A DNA stretch of 64,000 bases from a virus. Below are positions 10,924 through 20,600 of this stretch, one piece after another. The number at the start of each line of letters is the position of its first letter. The stretch's first letter is position 1. The stretch spans positions 1-64,000 of IMG/VR virus record IMGVR_UViG_3300050509_000438; one strand, written 5' to 3'. A model generated the notes under the pieces. It searched no databases. It saw only the letters and a program-made list of their open reading frames with translations, and was not told where the DNA came from. Position numbers and translations under genes: made by a program.

Positions 10924-11570
10924 TATGCTGCTTGATCTTTATTGTCCCTTACACTATCCGTTGGAGTCATCCGTTTAACAAGAAGCTTCTCAACCACTCG
11001 ATCGATCACATCATCTTCAAAGTCAGAAGGTATCGGGTACCACTGGTCAAGCCCGATCTGTGATGAGTCACGCACTACAAGACGAACTCCGAACTGGGTA
11101 CCGTATTTCTTTCCAACTTCACAGGTGCCAAACGTGAGCCGCATCCCTTTCAGGAACCCGAACAATCTTCCTTGCATATTGCGTGCAGGATTATTCATAA
11201 ACTGTCTGTACTCCATGTGAGACATCACAATCACAGATTGAGTGCTTTCCTCTGTGTACTTTAATGGATAAACACCATCTATACCACGATTCTTCGGCAG
11301 CGCAGCCCAATTACACGGAATGTCCAGGTAGCTGAATACTCCGCCAGCAGGATCAACGACTGTTACCGGTTCGAATGTTGTGATAAACCCTTCATCAATA
11401 CCGGCGCCGGTGAGCTTCCAGTTGGCGAAGTAGTTGTCGGCAGCAAGAGAGTTGACAACCTCATCAAGCATCAAAAACACCTGCCGCTCATCGATCTTCC
11501 AATCAATGTTACGGTGGTCGTTCTGGAGCCTGAACATTACCCGGTCACTATACTGCCTCTTGGTTTTCAT
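10923..11570 (-). CDS. Structural-module protein, 215 aa
   Basis: Coupled ORF in the late operon. Confidence 0.45.
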   Translation of the reverse strand: MKTKRQYSDRVMFRLQNDHRNIDWKIDERQVFLMLDEVVNSLAADNYFANWKLTGAGIDEGFITTFEPVTVVDPAGGVFSYLDIPCNWAALPKNRGIDGVYPLKYTEESTQSVIVMSHMEYRQFMNNPARNMQGRLFGFLKGMRLTFGTCEVGKKYGTQFGVRLVVRDSSQIGLDQWYPIPSDFEDDVIDRVVEKLLVKRMTPTDSVRDNKDQAA

Positions 11571-12235
11571 GTGCCGGTCCGTGTTTTAAGGTTCGCATAC
11601 TCAGTGATCTGTAGCGCAGACAGGTTGATGCCTACATGCGACAGGATCAGCATTACGATCTCGAGGTAACACAGAGCAGGCACGATCAGGTCAACACTTG
11701 TCGCAGGATTGAACACCGGCGCATCGTTGACTGTCGTATATCCCCACACCGGATCAGGCGGCGTCTTAACATAGCTCATGCCGAATGATCCGATAGAGTA
11801 CGGATCGATGAATCCGTAAGGATTCCGCAGCACGCACACCGGGTAATCTTCTGTCGGCGGCGTGATGGTGTTGTGCTTCTGAAAGGTGTACTGATCGGCC
11901 GTAAGCCTGGTGATCGGCCAGAAGTTGTTCTTGTGGATTGCGTCCGGCCAGATGTAACCGTACGGATAGTCGAAGTCACCATTAGGACGAACCAGTATAT
12001 TAATCGGTCCGTACACAAACGGCCGCAGATCTTCATGGATCCTCCATGTGGATTCATATCCGTACTGCGGAACACCAGATTGATTTATGGTCTTGATGTT
12101 CCCGATACGTGTGGACATGAACTCAAGCTGAGCTACCTTGGCCAGGATGTTGAACTGTGAAGGCGTGATGGTGCCACGTTGTTCCTTATTAGAAACAAAG
12201 GACACCAATTCCTGCACAAGCTCAATAGTCATCAT
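11567..12235 (-). CDS. Structural-module protein, 222 aa
   Basis: Coupled ORF (4-nt overlaps) in the late operon. Confidence 0.45.
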   Translation of the reverse strand: MMTIELVQELVSFVSNKEQRGTITPSQFNILAKVAQLEFMSTRIGNIKTINQSGVPQYGYESTWRIHEDLRPFVYGPINILVRPNGDFDYPYGYIWPDAIHKNNFWPITRLTADQYTFQKHNTITPPTEDYPVCVLRNPYGFIDPYSIGSFGMSYVKTPPDPVWGYTTVNDAPVFNPATSVDLIVPALCYLEIVMLILSHVGINLSALQITEYANLKTRTGT

Positions 12236-12714
12236 TTTTTCTTATCGCGTTCGTAAAGTTTCTCAAGAATTGCATCGTCAATCTCTGGAAGAACAAATGG
12301 ACTCAGTACTTCCCACCAGGAAAAGTCAATGTCCTTTGGTAGTAAAGAAAACACACCTTCGCGAATGTCCGGAATGATGTACGGTTCAATATCGATGACT
12401 ACATCCCTCCCAGCATCATCACGGTATGTAGTGAGCTGTAACGCTTTCTTTATCTCTTCATTGCGCTTTTTTTCATTCTCAGCTTTGAATTTATACCGAT
12501 CCTTCTCATCCCTTACGTAAAAGCCGTCTTTCACTTCCGCGTACTTTTGATCGATCTCCGACACAATATCATCCCATGCCTGCTGGATTGGCTTTGTCCT
12601 TGTCATCTCTTTTTCAATAGCCCATAGAAATGGACTATACTTGCCGGCGTAAGGAGTTTTGTAACGCACGGCGTTCTGGCGGAAGGTGAGGACTTTTTCG
12701 AAGGTTGTAATCAT
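12232..12714 (-). CDS. Structural-module protein, 160 aa
   Basis: Coupled ORF in the late operon. Confidence 0.45.
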   Translation of the reverse strand: MITTFEKVLTFRQNAVRYKTPYAGKYSPFLWAIEKEMTRTKPIQQAWDDIVSEIDQKYAEVKDGFYVRDEKDRYKFKAENEKKRNEEIKKALQLTTYRDDAGRDVVIDIEPYIIPDIREGVFSLLPKDIDFSWWEVLSPFVLPEIDDAILEKLYERDKKK

Positions 12715-12717
12715 ACG

Positions 12718-13551
12718 TTATTGTTTTTGGATGGTTGTTTTATAAATGGAACTGTCTGGAAGAACAAAAACAGCAGTTTTATGAATAGTGTCCAGCACTG
12801 CAGGACAATGAATAGGCGGTGGATCTTTTGGTATCAAAGACACGAAGAAATTCCAAACTCGTTTTCCAACCTCGTAGCATTGATCTGCACCATCGCAATC
12901 GTTTATATTGTAGCCCTTGGTGAGCACAGTTCCATGAGAGGCATCGGGGATCACTTTGATGTCGCTCTGCCCCGGATGTACTTTGGTGATCATGGTATTC
13001 ACGGTGTTAGTGGACCACCAACTAACAGATGTGTCCTTTGTTCCAGCAAGCAATAGTACCGGTGCTTTCGTAACTACCGGTGCTTTGAGTTCTGCCTCGG
13101 GGCCATAAGGATAATCTCCAGCCAACGCAACAAATCCAATAAATATACCGGTGTGATCGACCCATATCTGACGGATGGTTTCCTTTCCACCAAGAGAATG
13201 CCCAGTAAGGGCAGCATGGGTAATGCCAAGTTTTTTGAATGTCTCAGACCATCGGCTTGAGATGGGTGTGTAATTATCAAGCCAGGAGGTTGTTCCTTTT
13301 TTTGCTTGTACGATAAGGAGGTTGAATGGTAACGTTTCTTTTTGGGCCAACCTGCCGTAGCCATAAGCGGCAAGCTGATCTTTTGTAAAGCTCGCACCCC
13401 CATGTCCGGGCTGGAAGATCACCCAAAGCTTGTTGCCTGGTGTGATGTACGATACATAATTGAATGGCTCTCCGGTATACGAAGTCATCTGCATTTGACC
13501 GTAGCTGACAATGGTCAGCAGGAGAAGCGATAATATCAGGCGTATTTTCAT
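12718..13551 (-). CDS. Secreted alpha/beta-hydrolase serine esterase, 277 aa
   Basis: N-terminal signal-like MKIRLILSLLLLTIVSYGQ. Nucleophile elbow LTGHSLGG, later GTKDTS and DASHG (Ser-Asp-His candidates). Confidence 0.6.
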   Translation of the reverse strand: MKIRLILSLLLLTIVSYGQMQMTSYTGEPFNYVSYITPGNKLWVIFQPGHGGASFTKDQLAAYGYGRLAQKETLPFNLLIVQAKKGTTSWLDNYTPISSRWSETFKKLGITHAALTGHSLGGKETIRQIWVDHTGIFIGFVALAGDYPYGPEAELKAPVVTKAPVLLLAGTKDTSVSWWSTNTVNTMITKVHPGQSDIKVIPDASHGTVLTKGYNINDCDGADQCYEVGKRVWNFFVSLIPKDPPPIHCPAVLDTIHKTAVFVLPDSSIYKTTIQKQ

Positions 13552-13561
13552 ACTACCAAAT

Positions 13562-15190
13562 TTACAGAGATTTTGTCAGAAGCCACTCATATAAGTTCGG
13601 GTTGTGGAACTCATGGCCTACCCGGTACGCTCGGTCCCAACATCCGCTATGTCCTACACCGGCGTAGATCGTAAAGATCGATTCAGGGTTATTACCGGCG
13701 TTCATGCTGTTGTCGATGGCAACCACAGCCCCTGCAGCGATCATACCGTTAACAGGCCGCGATACACCGGCAAGTGGAGCGGCGGTATCTGCATCGCCAG
13801 CAAATGCCCAAACCTTGATGTCTTTGTTGGCCGCATTGGTTCCCCAAGATGTAGAGGTGCCGCCAGAAGCGCACACCGGCGCAATTGCTGCGAATATGTT
13901 GGGATCGTTCCCGGCGTTAGCTGAAGCCAGCCATGTGCCATATCCACCCATGGAGAGCCCGGTCAGGTATATCCGATCGGGATCGATCCGGTATCCGGAA
14001 GAGTTCTTCACCCAATCGCAGAAAGCCCACGCTTCCGTCCAGAACCAGCTATTGGCCTGGGGCGACAGAACAATGAATTTCTGTCCACCGAACTGCATCT
14101 GGCTACCGTTCTTGATGTGCTTTGGTGGACCATTAGCCGGCACCTTATCCAGGTCACCAGATGTCCCAAGTCCGCGCTCGCCAGCGCCATGCAGGAAGAT
14201 GATGCAGGGGTACGTATCGACAGTCTGTGAGTAATCGTTCGGTAAAAACTGAAGAAATCCGATTGCGGCGCCGGTAGTTCCTGCAGGCTTTTTGACCTGT
14301 ACGCCATCTTCTGTTGCACCATTTGGCTGGAGAGTGACGCTGGTATGGGCCTGTAATCCACCACTGTTGGTGATGTCCTGCGGCAATGTACCAAGGGTGC
14401 CCACTATATCGTACGTACCTGGCGTGGTCTGATTGTAGCTGCCCTGTGCCCATGTTACAGCAATGGATATCACCGATGCATCATCAAGAGTACAGTTGAC
14501 AGTAGAGGGCAGAGATGCCTGCACCGTGGCGAAAGCAGTATTGTAGGCGAAGGTACGCGATGTTTGTGCAGCGATCGCGGTAATATTCCGGTCGTCGCCA
14601 GGCCCGTCAACCACGACGATGTTGATCGCTGCGGTTACAGATCCCGGGTTGGCAACATGGTCTGGTAGCGTGAGTGTACCTGTAATCGGATAGGTAGCCT
14701 CAACATCCGGGTCGTATGATCCTTCATCCCATGTAACTTCCATCGCCACTACAGAGGCATCATCAAGTGTCACATTAACTGTTGACGGCAACGCGATGTC
14801 CTCAAAAGCGGTTGTTACCGGCACGGTGATGTTTGCCTGAGCGGCAACCGAAACAACATCATGCACTTCTTCCTCAACCGTTACAAGGATTGTGGCCAGT
14901 ACTCCAGCAGTATTGGCGGTATCCGGGATAAGCTGGATCACACCTGTTATCGTGTGATCTGTTGGCGAAGCAGCATTATAGTCGTTCTGTTGCCAGAAGA
15001 CATTCAGGTTGGCCGTGCTGGCGTCATCGAAGGTTACTTCAACTGTGGATGGTAATGCCAGATTCTGATAAGGGGTGCCGAATGGAACAGATTGTGGGGT
15101 TTGGTCGGCAACAGTTTCAATTTCCTTCGGTGGTCTTACATCCGGGAATGGGAGTGTTGAGGACGATATGCCGATGTCAATTCCAAACAT
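13562..15190 (-). CDS. Ig-like (Big_4-type) x3 plus C-terminal esterase, 542 aa
   Basis: Three repeats of (A/S)LPSTV.V(T/C)(F/L)DDAS....V.W..G.Y. C-terminal motifs IIFLHGAGERG, LTGLSMGGYGTW, GDADT and GVGHSGCW, typical of the PHB-depolymerase/feruloyl-esterase-like fold. Confidence 0.6.
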   Translation of the reverse strand: MFGIDIGISSSTLPFPDVRPPKEIETVADQTPQSVPFGTPYQNLALPSTVEVTFDDASTANLNVFWQQNDYNAASPTDHTITGVIQLIPDTANTAGVLATILVTVEEEVHDVVSVAAQANITVPVTTAFEDIALPSTVNVTLDDASVVAMEVTWDEGSYDPDVEATYPITGTLTLPDHVANPGSVTAAINIVVVDGPGDDRNITAIAAQTSRTFAYNTAFATVQASLPSTVNCTLDDASVISIAVTWAQGSYNQTTPGTYDIVGTLGTLPQDITNSGGLQAHTSVTLQPNGATEDGVQVKKPAGTTGAAIGFLQFLPNDYSQTVDTYPCIIFLHGAGERGLGTSGDLDKVPANGPPKHIKNGSQMQFGGQKFIVLSPQANSWFWTEAWAFCDWVKNSSGYRIDPDRIYLTGLSMGGYGTWLASANAGNDPNIFAAIAPVCASGGTSTSWGTNAANKDIKVWAFAGDADTAAPLAGVSRPVNGMIAAGAVVAIDNSMNAGNNPESIFTIYAGVGHSGCWDRAYRVGHEFHNPNLYEWLLTKSL

Positions 15191-15195
15191 TTACA

Positions 15196-17229
15196 TTATA
15201 GTAATGGCCCGTGATATAGCGCAAATTTCTGTCCTAATTGTTCACTGCCGGTAGAAGATGGGTGTACCCCATCACCACCACGTTGAACATCTGCAGTCGT
15301 AAATTGTCCACCGTATAAGGTAGCAACTTCTTGCTGTGCTTCGACAATCTGTGGCTTATACAATGGAGCAGAGGCATATGCATAGTCGGTAAGAGCAACA
15401 CATAATTTTGCATCACTGGTATCAAACCCAGCATCCTCTACCTGATCTATCAGGTATTCCCACCATGCGATGAACTGTGACTTGTATGCTGCCTTGACAG
15501 CAGCAGCACCATTGGCATATTCCGGGTTATTGTCCCCCATATCACCAAGCCCCTGCATGAAGCACACTCCTTTGAAATTCACAGTTTTTCCCTGTGCCTC
15601 AAGGACATTAAGTCCCTGAATCAATGTTTGTACAGAAGTTCGCCCAATGCTGTTGTTGGCAACATTAAAGTTCAGGAACATAGATGCTCCTGACAGAGCC
15701 TTCTTCACCAGGAATATTTCATTATTGGCCAACGCGTTCATATCAAACCCGAACTTAAGCTCTGAAGAGAATCCATTCGGAACAGAGCCGCCGTTATTAT
15801 TAGGCCAGTCAAGGTTCTCAAAACCAACTGATGAGTTTATATATATCATGGCTCCTAATGGTCCGACCAGTGATGGAGATGGGCTGGTGGAAGTATTCCC
15901 TCCAATCATTTCGGACTGACCTGTCAACAGATAAACATTTGCTATCCCTGGAGCAGGTGGTAATTCTGAACCTGCATTATAGGTCAATCTTATCAATCCC
16001 TTACCACCATTACCACCGCGTTGATTTGTAGCACTTGTGGTTCTAGCGCCACTCCCTGCCCCTCCGTAATCATTTCCGGCCGCACCAACACCAGATGAGC
16101 CCGCTGCGCCGGAGCCTCCATTTTCAGATGTAGCCGCTCCGCCTGGCGCGGATGTAGAGCCCGATCCAGCAGGAGCATCTCCACCATTGCCAGTGCTGCC
16201 AGCACCACCACCACCAGCCGCCGAACGCGATGATGCCTGAACTGTTGATCCATTACCACCTCTGTATTTTGTAGTGCCATTGCCATCAGCTATAGCCCCA
16301 CCTAAGCCACTGGCTGTTGTAGTTCCCTTCTTCCCTCCTGCGGCTTTTACAACAGACCCATCTTCCCATGAAGTATCCTGGCCGTCAGTTCCATCAACGT
16401 TGGCGCCGCTTGGTACAGGGCACGAAACAGCAGCGGCAACATGGTATGAACTTGAGCCTGAAATCGGTCTTGTCACAGTCCCCAATGAATATCCTCCTCC
16501 TCCTCCTCCCCATCCTCGTGCTGCTGCACCACCAACTCCAGAGCCAGCACCCCCTCCAGCCCAACATTCTACCTGCATTTCATCCACGCCAGCGAGCCAG
16601 TTGTATGTTCCATCACCAGTAACCTCAAGAAGCTCAACAACGATCTGGGGTTGAACTTCAACATCGAGAGCGCCCTGTATAAAAAATGGATTGGTTATAC
16701 CACCCGTCAGAGTGATATCACCAAGAAGAGTCTGCACTCCTGCAGCATTAGGATCATAAGTGCCTTCTAGCCACGTTATAGCCAGTGATTGAACATTCCC
16801 ATTGTTGAGGGTTGCGTTAAGGTTTGATGGTTTAGTTATAGCACTAAACAATGTTCCATAAGATACAGACACTGGAGTGGCCACTTGTATCGAAGCAATG
16901 TACAAAGCAATACTATACGGATCAGAGGTTGCTGATGCGGATCCTTGAGCGTTCGTCGCCGTAACAGTAACACTGATATCAGTATCAACGTCTGTATTCG
17001 TCACAACGTAAGTGATATTGGTAGCAAGAGGAATATCCACTCCGTCTCGTTTCCATTGATAAGTAAAGCTTGTCGGGTTGTTAGCCCACGACCCGTTGCT
17101 TGCGGTTAGCGTTCCGTTAACATCAAAAACGCCTGATATTGTTGGCGCCTGAATATTCGATGGGGGTCCTGCGGAGTTAGGTTGACTTGGGAAAATGCAG
17201 ACTTGCGCGATGATTGTGTATTGCGTCAT
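15196..17229 (-). CDS. Ig-like plus glycine-rich domain plus SASA/SGNH-type O-acetylesterase, 677 aa
   Basis: Gly-rich core VECWAGGGAGSGVGGAAARGWGGGGGGY. C-terminal motifs LLTGQSEMIGG (GQSN-like), CFMQGLGD and GDGVHPS (D..H), as in the sialate O-acetylesterase family. Confidence 0.6.
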   Translation of the reverse strand: MTQYTIIAQVCIFPSQPNSAGPPSNIQAPTISGVFDVNGTLTASNGSWANNPTSFTYQWKRDGVDIPLATNITYVVTNTDVDTDISVTVTATNAQGSASATSDPYSIALYIASIQVATPVSVSYGTLFSAITKPSNLNATLNNGNVQSLAITWLEGTYDPNAAGVQTLLGDITLTGGITNPFFIQGALDVEVQPQIVVELLEVTGDGTYNWLAGVDEMQVECWAGGGAGSGVGGAAARGWGGGGGGYSLGTVTRPISGSSSYHVAAAVSCPVPSGANVDGTDGQDTSWEDGSVVKAAGGKKGTTTASGLGGAIADGNGTTKYRGGNGSTVQASSRSAAGGGGAGSTGNGGDAPAGSGSTSAPGGAATSENGGSGAAGSSGVGAAGNDYGGAGSGARTTSATNQRGGNGGKGLIRLTYNAGSELPPAPGIANVYLLTGQSEMIGGNTSTSPSPSLVGPLGAMIYINSSVGFENLDWPNNNGGSVPNGFSSELKFGFDMNALANNEIFLVKKALSGASMFLNFNVANNSIGRTSVQTLIQGLNVLEAQGKTVNFKGVCFMQGLGDMGDNNPEYANGAAAVKAAYKSQFIAWWEYLIDQVEDAGFDTSDAKLCVALTDYAYASAPLYKPQIVEAQQEVATLYGGQFTTADVQRGGDGVHPSSTGSEQLGQKFALYHGPLL

Positions 17230-17606
17230 AAAATAGCTAGATATTTAATAGTGATGGCGCGCCCATTTCCAATCCTTGTCCAACTTAGTGTAAATCCGTC
17301 TGCGTCTAAAGATGAGATTATAGCCGAATGACCATCACCACCATTAGTTTGCACTTGAATTGACCTTGTGTGACTCTTGGTTGCTCTGGTTAAAAGCGTC
17401 GCCAGAAGATTGAGATTGTTTATAAAATTGCAACCTAAGTTTATGCCATCATCCCATCCATCAGAATATGTGTTTGAATCACCATCATCAATAGCCGAAA
17501 ACAAAACCATGATTGGTTTACCCCCTAGGCCGGTGATTGATTGTGAGCCTGAACCTGTTGCCGCTGCCCGTGTTGTGGACCCTGATATTTTTCTATGTAT
17601 TCCCAT
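17226..17606 (-). CDS. Fibre-module protein, 126 aa
   Basis: Coupled ORF between the fibre and esterase genes. Confidence 0.45.
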   Translation of the reverse strand: MGIHRKISGSTTRAAATGSGSQSITGLGGKPIMVLFSAIDDGDSNTYSDGWDDGINLGCNFINNLNLLATLLTRATKSHTRSIQVQTNGGDGHSAIISSLDADGFTLSWTRIGNGRAITIKYLAIL

Positions 17607-17617
17607 AACGTTAATAT

Positions 17618-20600
17618 TTACCTTATTGCAACATCAAACCAGCGACTACTTGTTGAATCATACTGAATGACCAATGAACCATTCGGAGCAATTGTAAGAT
17701 TCCCACCAGTGGACGAGGTGATCCTGTTTGCCGCTGATGAAGCAGCATCTTCATTGGTCACCACAACATTGTTTGCCCCAACATTCCTGATCACAATTAT
17801 CTTCCCATCAGAACCTCCGGTAAAGCCTGTTATGTTACGGCTGGCATCAGTACTTATACGAAACGAAGTTTGAGTACCAATGGCATAATCGTTCTGGTTA
17901 GACGTGATCTGAGATTTCGTAGTTTGTCTTAACGCAAATCCTCCATTTACATCCAATGTTACATTCGGAGTGGCCGTTGCAAATCCGTTAAGTCCATCAA
18001 TAGGAACGGACAGGAAAGGGTAATGAGTTAGTCCAGTAGTGTTTGTCAGAACCGGATTAATGTATACACCTCTGGCTGTGGTTGTGCCTCCTGTAAGATC
18101 TAAGGTATATCCAACAGTCATCGCATTAATAATAGCTCCTGAATTAGCACTGTTTATAAACCCTGTTCGCAACCTAAGCATGTGACTTTCTGTAGCCGCC
18201 TGTGCAGACATATTCACGTTCACGTTCACAATATCAAACTGGGCCGCTCCTGATGTGACAGTTACTCCTGGTATCTGGAAGTAATGAGTGCCTCCGCGGT
18301 ATATCAGATGCGTGCCAGTAACTCCTACTGTTCCTGTTGTGCCGGGGGCAATGTATGTAGATGAGCCAGTGCCGAATCTTGACTCCCCTCCGTTATCCAC
18401 TCTGAATATGGCCTGGTTGCTGCTATTGGCCACACGTAATCCTACATCTCCCGAACCTGCGTTGATATGCACAACCGTATTGGCTGTGATCGTATCACCA
18501 GAATTCTCAGTGAACAGTACATTGCCAACAATCTTAGGAGTTGTAACTGTGCTGGTACCTGTAACCTGCCATCCAGTACTACTGGTTAAGATGCTGCTAT
18601 CTACATGTGATGAAGTAATCTTTCCCCATGATGGTGCTGTGCTTACGCCACCAGAGATCAGCGCGTTTCCGGTAGCAACTCCAGCAAGTTTTGATAATGC
18701 TGTAGTCGTCGATGCATATAGCAAATCCCCAACAGCATATACAGTTTGTCCAGTACCTCCGTGATCAGCAGCAATTGCAGTACCTGCCCAAGTACCGGTT
18801 GCAATTGTTCCTAAGGTTGTAATAGATGTTTGACCTACATACGTTGCAGCAATATCCAGCGTAATTGATCCAGTACCATTAGTAATTGATAGCCGGTCAG
18901 TAGTTGGCGTAAGCGTTGCTTTTGTCAGGGTATTGCCAGTCGTATTACCAATGAGTAGTTGTCCATTGGTATAAGAAGTGTTACCCGTTCCTCCGTTATC
19001 TACCTCAAGAGTTCCGGTCATCGTTATTGTACCAGTAGAAGTAACAGGACCGCCAACAAATGTCAATCCTGTCGACCCACCGGATACATCTATGGAAGTT
19101 ACCCCGGAGATATTAGACCATACAGTGCCATTGCTGAATTTTACAGTATTGGTCGTAGTATCATAAACAAGCCCTCTCGCATGAGAAGAAGCCGTAGGCA
19201 ATGATACTGTTGCATATCCTGCAAGCACGAATGGAGAGTCCACATAAACCTGATCAGCGGTGAACCTTATCTTACCAGCACCAGCAGTTGTTCCGGATAT
19301 AAAAACACCCTGACTAAGATTTGTTCTCAATAGGATACCACCATCTGAACCAGAATCAGTTGCTGTTACACTGAAGAAATTCAGACGATCAGCACCCCCG
19401 CTATTCTGTCCAAATATAACTCCAAAAGATCCTGCGTTACCACCTATCTCTGTAGTACCGGTAAGCTGACCTCCCCAAATAATATCTGTTACCGGAGTAT
19501 CATCAGCTGCAGATAATCCATTGAATACGTTTATTTTTGCGCGCTGTGTGAGATCAATGCCATTGTTTTGAATTGTTTGATAGAAAGAGGATCCACCAAT
19601 ATCGGCAACAGCAATCCATCTTACAGCATTACCAGAGTCGAGTGCAAGTATCTGTGTAACCGTATTATCTTCAGTGATGTCCAGAAGAAATAGGTTGCTA
19701 AGTCCTGAGAATGTGAAACTGTATGTGCCAGTGTTGCCATCGATGACAGTATCCATGCTCAGCGCGGTGCCGCCGAGGCCGATGAATCCAGGGTTTGTTT
19801 CACTCAACCCATTTTCAGGAACAAGTCCGCCACCACCACTGGTGCCAAGAGAACCAAAGCCAGTCCATGTGGTCGCATCCTGCTTGACAAATGTGGCTGC
19901 GGTGTTCTGGATGGAGATCGTATCGGACACTGAAACAAGAGTAAGTCCTGTGTCAGCGGCAAAGACAAGATTACCGGTTCCCTGCTTGATGAAGATCACT
20001 CCGAACCCAACATCTTCATCGGTAAGTGTAATGTCAACCTGCGCGGCACTGGTGCAATACACTACTTTGTTTCGATAGGTTGAGTCGATCGTAAGTGTCG
20101 TGCCAGCTTCAATCACTATCTCATACGCCGGGAACAGTTCACCGGAAGACAAACTCAATCCATACAGAGCCTGAATTTCTTCAACAGGTCCCGCGGATGC
20201 TGTTGTGCGCGCCAGGATCCGGTTGGTGTTCATCGTCATCGAACTGATGCCGATGGTCCCAAATCCAATGCTTGTTCCTGATCGGCGCAGAATATCTCCA
20301 TCGCTTGCCGCGGTGATCGCAGCAGTTACACCAGATGAGTTTGCTGAACGACCAACCACAGACAACCCAGCAATATCCTGAAACTTAGCATACGTAACCG
20401 CAGCATTTGCGATGGTAGTGGCTACTGTGCCGGTACCTGTCCCGGTCACATCCCCGGTAAGTGTTACCGAGCTTACACCGCCAGATGCCGACAGGGTATG
20501 GGTAGCATGATCATACGACAGATTGGTGCCGATCGTGATAAAAGCGATCGCGTTATCCGTGTCGTCCCATCCCCATAGCCGGTTCGCGCCAGGGTCGCTG

